Origin: an uncultured virus (IMG/VR IMGVR_UViG_3300025162_000048)
Taxonomy: Duplodnaviria; Heunggongvirae; Uroviricota; Caudoviricetes
IMG/VR virus record: IMGVR_UViG_3300025162_000048
Length of the DNA stretch: 20,000 nt
Strand: one strand, 5' to 3'
Position 1 is the first letter of the stretch; each line of letters opens with the position of its first letter. Under the pieces are notes generated by a model. The model was not told the origin of the DNA and searched no databases. It saw nothing but the letters and a program-made list of their open reading frames with translations. A program made the position numbers and the translations under genes. Of the stretch, positions 8,775 to 15,542 are shown piece after piece.

Positions 8775-9586
8775 GCCGTGTAGTCCTTCTTTCTATAAAA
8801 TACGAACCATACCAATAAACTTCCAGCCAAGACTGCCAGAATCGTTCCAGCAATCCAATTTCCAGTATTTGATGTGTCTTCTTGCGCAGCAGGAACTGGA
8901 GTCGGTGTAATAGTCGCGGTTGGAGTCGGACTTGGAGTAGCATCGACATACATTAAATCTCTCTGCATACCTGGCGGAACATAATTTGGATCTTTCGGAT
9001 AGTTCTTAAGGCTATTCATCTCGGCTGCCAATTGTGCATTCTGATTTACAAGTTCACGATAACGATCATCATCAATTTGGTCCCGATGATTGTGTATCCA
9101 AATGGCTTGATCATGAGCTGACCTGTCCGCTAACCACATCCAAAAATATGGATTCCAACTGTCATGGTAAACATGCCTAACCACGATCGGCCTGGAATAA
9201 TAAGTCCTGTAAACCGTTTGCGACCGGACGGTTCTGTCTGGCAAAACGACAACAGAACGGCTTGGCTGAATAGGCTTTGGAGCTTGGACCGCTTTGTATT
9301 GGCTGTAAGAGGCCGCACTTTGATTGCTACGCGCTGCATTCCTCGCCGCACTATCAAAGGTACTGCTTGGCCTAGATGCTGCTGCTGGGGCGCTAAAGGA
9401 GGGCTTAGACGGTGCTGAATAGGAACGTCCACTACTACTGGAAGAAAAGCTGCTCCTGCCAGACGAAAAGGATGATGAATGACCACCAGAAGAGAAACTG
9501 TGTCCTCCTCCACTGGAAAAACCGCCTTTTCCGAACGCTAAGGCTTGAGTAAATATCATCAAAAATATGACCAGAAAACGCCGCAT
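8771..9586 (-). CDS. Gly/Ser-rich exported protein with C-terminal membrane anchor
   Basis: ATG 9586 after AGGAGA; signal peptide MRRFLVIFLMIFTQALA; GGFSSGGG..SSSS tract; FWMWL motif; Pro/Thr linker; TM helix followed by RKK. Confidence 0.85.
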   Translation of the reverse strand: MRRFLVIFLMIFTQALAFGKGGFSSGGGHSFSSGGHSSSFSSGRSSFSSSSSGRSYSAPSKPSFSAPAAASRPSSTFDSAARNAARSNQSAASYSQYKAVQAPKPIQPSRSVVVLPDRTVRSQTVYRTYYSRPIVVRHVYHDSWNPYFWMWLADRSAHDQAIWIHNHRDQIDDDRYRELVNQNAQLAAEMNSLKNYPKDPNYVPPGMQRDLMYVDATPSPTPTATITPTPVPAAQEDTSNTGNWIAGTILAVLAGSLLVWFVFYRKKDYTA

Positions 9587-9649
9587 AGAATTTTCTCCTA
9601 TAAAAAAAGAATAAATAGACTTCAATGTTATCTGATGTTAAATAAATAC

Positions 9650-9676
9650 TCAAGCTTTTCCAGTACGGTTCGATAA
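9650..9676 (+). promoter_or_regulatory. sigma28-like promoter
   Basis: TCAA-N15-TTCGATAA, about 40 nt upstream of ATG 9718. Confidence 0.5.
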
Positions 9677-9717
9677 GTTTTTTGTAAGCAATGAGAGTTT
9701 TTTAGGAGGAAAATATC

Positions 9718-9969
9718 ATGGAAATAAAAGGCGTAATCATCAAACCAAATAAAGACACAACATCTTTTTTTATCGCTTCTGGATTTAAACTGGAACAAGT
9801 AAAAAAACTGTTAAATCAATATTCTGTAAAATTCGAGGACAAAGGAATAACCAAGCTTGTCTATGAAGAGGCTGACGAATTCGAAGGTTTCATCTCCGCG
9901 ACTCACCTTTTGGCCACCAGTACTCTCCCAATCGAATTTATCCAAGACTTATTTCTCCTCTTCCCTTGA
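9718..9969 (+). CDS. Hypothetical protein
   Basis: 83 aa; strong SD AGGAGG. Confidence 0.8.
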   Translation: MEIKGVIIKPNKDTTSFFIASGFKLEQVKKLLNQYSVKFEDKGITKLVYEEADEFEGFISATHLLATSTLPIEFIQDLFLLFP

Positions 9970-10018
9970 TTCGCACTTGATGTTATGCATTCCCTCACTT
10001 TGATGAGGAAGATTTCTA

Positions 10019-10450
10019 ATGCCAAAATTTATTGCTCCAACCGACGAAGAAGTAATCGCCTGTGCCGAAACTGGCTTATCCATGAATCAAACCTGCCGCA
10101 AACTCGGATTGACTTCCATCGGCTGGCTTACCAAATATCTCAAACAGCCAGGGAAAGAAAAACTCCACGCGAGGTTTATTCAGAATGGAAAGAAAAGACA
10201 AGAAAATTATCAACTTTGTGGATATTCACAACCCACTGAAATCTATTTTCCACACTGTTACACTCCTTTACCTGATGGATATAAAGTCATTTGGAGCGAA
10301 GTAACTGAAAAATATCTAGGAATAAATAAAGAAAAAAATATTGAAAGTCCTATTTTCAGTTCACGCTTCGCTGCTAGAAATTGGTGTTTTTTAAATGCTG
10401 GTATTGAAATTCCCAGAAGACATGCTAAGATTTATCGTGCTGGTCGTTAA
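10019..10450 (+). CDS. Putative HTH DNA-binding protein
   Basis: N-terminal GLSMNQTCRKLGLTSIGWLTKYL fits a helix-turn-helix pattern; SD GAGGA. Confidence 0.65.
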   Translation: MPKFIAPTDEEVIACAETGLSMNQTCRKLGLTSIGWLTKYLKQPGKEKLHARFIQNGKKRQENYQLCGYSQPTEIYFPHCYTPLPDGYKVIWSEVTEKYLGINKEKNIESPIFSSRFAARNWCFLNAGIEIPRRHAKIYRAGR

Positions 10451-10520
10451 GATTGGGTTATCAGGTAAATTACCCCATTCTTGCTTTTTTATCAGCAAAA
10501 TAAAAGGAAATTTTGATTTC

Positions 10521-10589
10521 ATGAAAAGCTTATTATTGCCATCATTACTCTCCAGTAGTCTACCGCCAGGATTACATCCTCCGTGTTAG
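10521..10589 (+). CDS. Leu/Pro/Ser-rich leader peptide (22 aa) of a putative attenuator
   Basis: MKSLLLPSLLSSSLPPGLHPPC*; AAGGA upstream; 7 Leu, 5 Pro, 5 Ser; its 3' part is complementary to the downstream terminator. Confidence 0.7.
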   Translation: MKSLLLPSLLSSSLPPGLHPPC

Positions 10590-10623
10590 GTATATTTTGA
10601 GTAAAGCTTAATGGCTCTTACAC

Positions 10624-10658
10624 AAACCCTGAACGGAGAAATCCTTCAGGGTTTTTTT
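10624..10658 (+). terminator. Intrinsic terminator (attenuator) immediately upstream of the tRNA cluster
   Basis: AAACCCTGAA-C-GGA-GAAA-TCC-TTCAGGGTTT hairpin with GNRA loop and a T7 tract. Confidence 0.9.
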
Positions 10659-10667
10659 ATTGTATGC

Positions 10668-10741
10668 GCAGGTGTGTCGGAACTGGAATACGAGGCAGTC
10701 TTAGAAACTGTTTTTTGGAGGTTCAAATCCTCCCACCTGTA
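10668..10741 (+). tRNA. tRNA-Leu(TAG), short variable loop, CCA not encoded
   Basis: Acceptor GCAGGTG/CACCTGT; anticodon arm GCAGT-CTTAGAA-ACTGT; T arm GGAGG-TTCAAAT-CCTCC; A73. Confidence 0.88.
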
Positions 10742-10744
10742 CAC

Positions 10745-10821
10745 GGGGAAGTAGTCAAATCGGTAGAGACAGTAGATTTAAAATCTATGTTTTGTGAGTT
10801 CAAGTCTCACCTTCCCTACCA
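10745..10821 (+). tRNA. tRNA-Leu(TAA), short variable loop
   Basis: Acceptor GGGGAAG/CTTCCCT; anticodon arm GTAGA-TTTAAAA-TCTAT; T arm GTGAG-TTCAAGT-CTCAC; ACCA end. Confidence 0.92.
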
Positions 10822-10846
10822 GTATTTTTTAGAAGAGGTTTATTCT

Positions 10847-10921
10847 CTGCGTGTAGCCAAGAGGTATGGTGTTTGATTTGGGGTCAAAAGATCGTAGGTT
10901 CGATTCCTACCACGCAGACCA
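10847..10921 (+). tRNA. tRNA-Pro(TGG)
   Basis: Acceptor CTGCGTG/CACGCAG (C1-G72, A73); anticodon arm TTTGA-TTTGGGG-TCAAA; T arm GTAGG-TTCGATT-CCTAC; ACCA end. Confidence 0.95.
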
Positions 10922-10939
10922 GTTATTTTTGTACAAGAC

Positions 10940-10968
10940 TTGACATCACTAAAAATTTAAAGTTTAAT
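10940..10968 (+). promoter_or_regulatory. Near-consensus sigma70 promoter facing antisense into ccdA
   Basis: TTGACA-N17-TTTAAT. Confidence 0.65.
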
Positions 10969-11003
10969 CAAAGTAGTCCTTGCCGAGCCCAGCCAGTCCT
11001 GAC

Positions 11004-11618
11004 CTAGACCAACAAGTAAAGACCAAATCCAATTAAGATTAAACTTGAAACTTTATGAATATACTTTAGCCATTTACCACTCTTTGGAATGACTTTCTTA
11101 AATCCTAATCCCATAACTAAAATTACACTTGAAAAGCCTAAAGCATATAAGGTCATTGTTAAAACAGATAAAATTATACTGTTCTGACTTGCTGCCATAG
11201 CTAAAACAGATCCTAACAGTGGAGTTACACAAGGGGAATAGAGAAGACTTGAAGATATTCCAAAAAGGAAAGCTGATAAATTCGAACAAATATTACCTAC
11301 CTTAAAAAAGTTATTGAGTCCTGACAAAAATGATGGTGTCCAATCAAAAAAAGAAACCACGCCAAACAGAATGAACAAGACTGACATGCCAATTCTCACT
11401 AAAGGAATACCTGATGAAAACCCTAAAACCTGTCCAATCAGCAAAGCCAGAACTCCCAAGACCGAAAGCATAAACCATTGTCCAAAAATAAAGACAATCA
11501 GCTTTGATCTGTTTTCTCTCACTCCAAAATATCCTAAAGTTACTGGTAATAATGGAAAAACACATGGACTTAATGTCGCTAACAATCCCGCTAAAAAGGC
11601 CGATCCTAGTAATATCAT
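11004..11618 (-). CDS. ccdA: CcdA/DsbD-beta family membrane thiol-disulfide electron transporter
   Basis: About six TM segments with the two conserved PC motifs (LSPCVFPLLP and YSPCVTPLLG). Confidence 0.92.
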   Translation of the reverse strand: MILLGSAFLAGLLATLSPCVFPLLPVTLGYFGVRENRSKLIVFIFGQWFMLSVLGVLALLIGQVLGFSSGIPLVRIGMSVLFILFGVVSFFDWTPSFLSGLNNFFKVGNICSNLSAFLFGISSSLLYSPCVTPLLGSVLAMAASQNSIILSVLTMTLYALGFSSVILVMGLGFKKVIPKSGKWLKYIHKVSSLILIGFGLYLLV

Positions 11619-12007
11619 TTCAAAGTCTCCAATACTTTCTCTTCATTGAATCCTGATCCGCTGTCCTTTAATTCCCAGTCAGCCTTCTTTATGAAAACCG
11701 CCCAATGAGGGACTGCATAGACTTTCACTTTTTTGGATAACGTTCTGTCGTCATCCTTTTCGATAAATGCTGGAATTTGAATGTTCTTGGATGTAATTAT
11801 ATATTTTGCTCGGTTGATATTTCTGTCCATACTTACAGTTATTACGCTAGTCTTCTTGGCAATATCTGGTAGGACATCTACCATCTTTTCCTTACATTCC
11901 GAACACCAAGAACCCCAAAAAAATACCAATAATTTATTACTGTCAATTGGTTTCACATCATTTAAGGCTATCAGATTAAAAACGGTTAAAAATGTCGGTA
12001 TTATCAT
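11615..12007 (-). CDS. TlpA/ResA-like thioredoxin-fold disulfide reductase
   Basis: FWGSWCSECK (WCxxC), VITVSMD and cis-Pro VYAVP; ATGA-coupled to ccdA. Confidence 0.88.
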   Translation of the reverse strand: MIIPTFLTVFNLIALNDVKPIDSNKLLVFFWGSWCSECKEKMVDVLPDIAKKTSVITVSMDRNINRAKYIITSKNIQIPAFIEKDDDRTLSKKVKVYAVPHWAVFIKKADWELKDSGSGFNEEKVLETLK

Positions 12008-12122
12008 ATCTTTATTCTCCTTATGGCTGTCATTTAATCATGGCATTTTATCTATAGTCATGCATTTCATTGCTGATTGATAATAGCCGATTCCTTAAAA
12101 TATGCCGGTGTTACATTTCTAA

Positions 12123-12199
12123 AGCGGGATAGAGAAGTAGTTACCTCACTGGGCTCATAACCCAGAGATCATTGGTGCAAATCCAATTCTCCGCCACCA
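12123..12199 (+). tRNA. tRNA-Met(CAT), initiator-like
   Basis: Anticodon arm CTGGG-CTCATAA-CCCAG (three G-C pairs); A1xC72 mismatch; T arm ATTGG-TGCAAAT-CCAAT; ACCA end; one extra base in the 3' acceptor strand. Confidence 0.85.
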
Positions 12200-12383
12200 A
12201 TCCAACAATAACACCACCATAATTTTCCATCCAAAAAATTAAAGCTAGACATTTGAATTATTTATACAAATTGTTTATTATTCCGGTCAGTTTAGACAAA
12301 AAAAAAGGTGACTTTCGCCACCCATATACCCTATTGGGCAACGTATCACCTTTGCAATCGCTTTGCAAGCGGAAAGGTGTTAT

Positions 12384-13364
12384 ATGACATATTCTCTTCA
12401 AGTAACCAATGGCGGTAGAAGTCTCAATGCTATTTGGGATAACGAAAATCTCGACATATATCAAAGTAGTATTCTACATTATCTAGGCGCGCAAATGGAT
12501 TTCAGAGGTGATTTTCTTGAAACACGATGGGTTTCTGTAACTACATTATGTAAAAAATGCAAGATGAAACGCACCACGGCTTTTAAAGCTATCAAATTCT
12601 TACAAGATAATAAATATATTACTAAACATCATAGATATTATGAAGGCCGACAAATCGCCAATGCCTATGCCATTACTGAAAAGATTTTTCAAGAATACGA
12701 TATTTTATTAGAAAATAAATGTTCTAAGGAAATTACAAATAAAATAAGCCGTCCGTTAGACGAACCCCAGGAGTTCCCCAAACGAATCCCCGAGGGTTCG
12801 CCAGAAGAACCCCAGGGGGCCGCGAAACGTACACAGAACTCCCTCCCTTCTTCCCTCAAAAATAATCCCTCCTTATCTCCCTCTTTTTCCGAAAAAACTG
12901 AAACAGAGGTAAAGATAATTGAACATGTCATAGAACAGCCAGAACCAATACCTCAGCCAGAGCCAATGCCAGCACCAAAGCCAGAACAACAACCCAAATC
13001 AAAGGCAGCACCAAGGATAGAACGGCAGCCAGATCATCAATCAATCATCCAAGCAAAGCCAATACCAAGCCAAGCACCTCATCGAGTGAAGCCAATGGCA
13101 AGCGCAGCGACAAAAATGACAGCGACAGCTGTTTTGAGTTTTATTTTTAAGCAGACAGAAATTGAGGAAGGAAAGCCGAGACGCTTTTTTGACCAGGCTG
13201 TAATGAGGCAAACGGCAGAAATAGCGCTGGAAAAATATGGACTCGCAGCAATCTACGCCTTCAGAGATGAAATTACAAAAAGCAAGCAGATTGGTCGTAT
13301 AGCTTTTGATGCCAATGTTTTATTCGAAGCCCTGGAGAGAATTTCAAAGGATAATCGTCATTGA
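12384..13364 (+). CDS. Phage replication initiator-like protein (N-terminal winged HTH, Pro-rich linker)
   Basis: WVSVTTLCKKCKMKRTTAFKAIKFLQDNKYIT...ANAY is an HTH_36-type pattern; internal ~22-bp repeats follow the HTH; ATG 12384 after GGAAAGG. Confidence 0.75.
   Translation: MTYSLQVTNGGRSLNAIWDNENLDIYQSSILHYLGAQMDFRGDFLETRWVSVTTLCKKCKMKRTTAFKAIKFLQDNKYITKHHRYYEGRQIANAYAITEKIFQEYDILLENKCSKEITNKISRPLDEPQEFPKRIPEGSPEEPQGAAKRTQNSLPSSLKNNPSLSPSFSEKTETEVKIIEHVIEQPEPIPQPEPMPAPKPEQQPKSKAAPRIERQPDHQSIIQAKPIPSQAPHRVKPMASAATKMTATAVLSFIFKQTEIEEGKPRRFFDQAVMRQTAEIALEKYGLAAIYAFRDEITKSKQIGRIAFDANVLFEALERISKDNRH
12758..12836 (+). repeat. Three (plus one partial) 22-23 bp imperfect direct repeats, putative iterons
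   Basis: agacgaaccccaggagttcccc / aaacgaatccccgagggttcgcc / agaagaaccccagggggccgcg / aaacgtacacag. Confidence 0.6.
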
Positions 13365-13434
13365 CAGAGAATCCATATTTCATTATCGTGAAACAAGACA
13401 ATTCATATATTGAAAATTGGAGGCTTATACATTT

Positions 13435-13602
13435 ATGCTCTTAGCAATGACTATCCTGGTTATCTGGAGTCTAATAGGTTCGTTTTTGATAGGACTTTTT
13501 AATTGGGATGATGGCGATCATGATGACCAAATCGTTGCAGCCTTACTTCCCTGTTATGTTTTCTATTGTTTTGGAAAATTTCTGGGAGAACTCTTTCAAT
13601 GA
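13435..13602 (+). CDS. Small two-TM membrane protein
   Basis: ATG after GGAGG; two hydrophobic segments separated by an acidic loop. Confidence 0.6.
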   Translation: MLLAMTILVIWSLIGSFLIGLFNWDDGDHDDQIVAALLPCYVFYCFGKFLGELFQ

Positions 13603-13835
13603 AATTTGCTCTTATCCGAAATGATGAGATTGAGGCTATTTCTGTGGGTTTTTGTAAACCATTTCCACCCAAAATTGACGAGTCTGTTTGGGTAGGTTCT
13701 TTGTCTTCCAGAGATGGATGGATTACTTCCTGCGTGATGGAATACTTGAGTGCCGATAAAATGCATTTTCGCACCATGAACAATGATTATCACTTGGTTC
13801 CTCTTGAAGAGTATTATCACCCGCTTGACTCTTAA
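13599..13835 (+). CDS. Hypothetical protein
   Basis: ATGA-coupled start (MKFALIRNDE...) after GGGAGA. Confidence 0.65.
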   Translation: MKFALIRNDEIEAISVGFCKPFPPKIDESVWVGSLSSRDGWITSCVMEYLSADKMHFRTMNNDYHLVPLEEYYHPLDS

Positions 13836-13841
13836 TCTAAA

Positions 13842-13925
13842 CGATGCGAATCTATTTGGACAACGGTCATAACTGAAAACCATTTTCGACACATGATTCA
13901 GCAGACCGTTGGATATTCTGGTCGG
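13842..13925 (+). ncRNA. Structured RNA upstream of Ro60 (candidate minimal Y RNA or autoregulatory leader)
   Basis: CAACGGTC/GACCGTTG (13861-68/13904-11), internal loop, CTGAA/TTCAG, CAT/ATG, apical loop containing TTCGAC; weaker outer pairing CGAT..GAAT/ATTC..GTCG; directly before the Ro60 SD. Confidence 0.45.
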
Positions 13926-13947
13926 ACTTATCAGGAGGTTATTATAT

Positions 13948-15537
13948 ATGACTAATATTTATACCAATTTCTTTAATCCTCAAACTATTCCTCAAACTTC
14001 TGCTCTTCCTGATAAAAATCAAGTGAAAAATAATGCTGACGGCTATGTTTTCCAGATTTCTCCTATGAGCCAATTGATGAGGTTTTTGATTTTGGGAACA
14101 TCCGGCGGAACGTACTATGTCAAAGAACGAAAACTGACTGAAGAGAATGTGGACGCTCTTGTGAAATTCATTAAAGAGGACGGCAAGACCGTAGTGCAAA
14201 CCGTTTTGGATGTATCCCGTGCAGGCCGAGCTCCAAAGAACGACCCAGCCATTTTTGTACTTGCATTAGCGGCAACCCATGGCTCACCAGAAACAAAGAA
14301 AATGGTGTACGACAATATTCACAGAGTCTGTCGTATCGGTACCCATCTATTTCACTTTTGCGAGATGGTTAACAAAATGCGCAAATGGAGCGGTGGACTT
14401 CGCCGTGGTGTTGCGGACTTTTATTTGACCAAAAACAAAGACCAACTTGCTGTCCAATTACTTAAATATCGACAACGTGATGGCTGGACACACCGTGACG
14501 TATTGCGTTTGTGTCATGCCGGAAGTAACGATCCGATGATTAACGTCATGCTGAGATATGCAGTCGGAAAGCCTATTGATATAAAGCTAACAACAGATAA
14601 TCCATTCGCAGTGATTCCCCATCCACTCATTGCCGCATTTGAAATAGTTCAGAAAATACCAAACGTAAAAGAAGCTATTCCTTTAATTAAAGAACACAAA
14701 ATGACTTGGGAAATGCTGCCAACATCCTTTCTCACCGACAAAATAACTTGGAAAACATTACTTCCAGAAATGCCTTTGACCGCTATGCTTAGAAATATTA
14801 CCAAAATGGCTAATCTGGGAATGTTCACTTCTGAATTATGCGACAACACCAAAACAGTTGTGACTAAACTGCAAAATAATGATGACATCAAAAAACAACG
14901 TGTCCATCCCTTTCAGATTTTGCTGGCATTGAAAGCTTTTGAACTTCTGCTAGGACAGCCTAAAGGAATTAAAACAGCCCTTAATGAAGCCTTTTATGCC
15001 TCTTTTGGCCATGTAAATCCTACTGGGAAGAACTTTATGGTCGGAATGGATGTCAGTGGAAGTATGCACTATGAAACTATAATGAACACCAATATCACAC
15101 CAGCTATGGCAGGAACAGCACTGGCTATGTTGCTCGTAAGGACTGAACCTTGGGTAGAAACAATGGCCTTCGCGGACAGTTTTATTAGATTTCCTCTTGG
15201 CAAAACTGACACTCTTGAAAGCGTTATGGAGAAATCAACACAGCTAGGAATGTCCAGAACAGACTGCGCTCTTCCAATACTTTATGCAATCCAGAATAAA
15301 TTACCGGTAGATGTCTTTGTGATTACGACTGATAATGAAACATATTGTGGAAGTATTCACCCGATTGAAGCATTAAAAAAGTATAGACAGATTTCTGGAA
15401 GGAATGCAAAACTCATTGTAATAGGCATGACATCTACTGGCTTTTCCATCGCCGATCCTTCAGATTCTGGCTGTTTAGATGTTTGTGGTTTTGATGCAGG
15501 TTTAGGTGATGTACTCAATGCTTTCGTGAGGGACTAA
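13948..15537 (+). CDS. rsr: Ro60/Rsr TROVE + vWA domain RNA-binding protein
   Basis: NNADGYVF, RFLILGTSGGTYY, GRAPKNDPAIF, KYRQRDGWTHRDVLRL, MPLTAMLRN; MIDAS DVSGSM, TDCALP, TDNET; C-terminal GFSIADP..LDVCGFD. ATG 13948 after AGGAGG. Confidence 0.97.
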   Translation: MTNIYTNFFNPQTIPQTSALPDKNQVKNNADGYVFQISPMSQLMRFLILGTSGGTYYVKERKLTEENVDALVKFIKEDGKTVVQTVLDVSRAGRAPKNDPAIFVLALAATHGSPETKKMVYDNIHRVCRIGTHLFHFCEMVNKMRKWSGGLRRGVADFYLTKNKDQLAVQLLKYRQRDGWTHRDVLRLCHAGSNDPMINVMLRYAVGKPIDIKLTTDNPFAVIPHPLIAAFEIVQKIPNVKEAIPLIKEHKMTWEMLPTSFLTDKITWKTLLPEMPLTAMLRNITKMANLGMFTSELCDNTKTVVTKLQNNDDIKKQRVHPFQILLALKAFELLLGQPKGIKTALNEAFYASFGHVNPTGKNFMVGMDVSGSMHYETIMNTNITPAMAGTALAMLLVRTEPWVETMAFADSFIRFPLGKTDTLESVMEKSTQLGMSRTDCALPILYAIQNKLPVDVFVITTDNETYCGSIHPIEALKKYRQISGRNAKLIVIGMTSTGFSIADPSDSGCLDVCGFDAGLGDVLNAFVRD

Positions 15538-15542
15538 TAAGA

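Noticed and set aside
9615..9645. dif-like XerD arm TGATGTTAAAT (also TTATGTTAATT near 1139 and CGCTCATAA near 4560)
   Set aside because: No matching partner arm at 6-bp spacing; expected by chance in AT-rich DNA. No dif or att site could be assigned.
9130..9653. Alternative-frame ORFs 9130..9513, 9164..9418 and 9435..9653
   Set aside because: Artefacts of the GC-richer Gly/Ser/Ala-rich gene 8771..9586.
10668..10741. Reading the TAG anticodon as an amber suppressor or sign of recoding
   Set aside because: Anticodon UAG reads CUA (Leu); a suppressor would need CUA. ORFs are intact under code 11 and TAG terminates ccdA normally.
10395..10876. Track ORFs 10395..10589 (full length) and 10664..10876
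   Set aside because: The first overlaps the upstream gene and only its 22-codon tail has an SD-ATG; the second overlies tRNA genes.
12930..12990. Short CCAGAA/CAGCCA repeats here and at ~18050-18125
   Set aside because: They encode Pro/Glu/Gln linkers (PEPQP); not a CRISPR array or DNA-level repeat. No CRISPR array was seen in the window.
13909..13947. Track start of Ro60 at TTG 13909
   Set aside because: It lies inside the RNA stem; ATG 13948 has a perfect AGGAGG SD.
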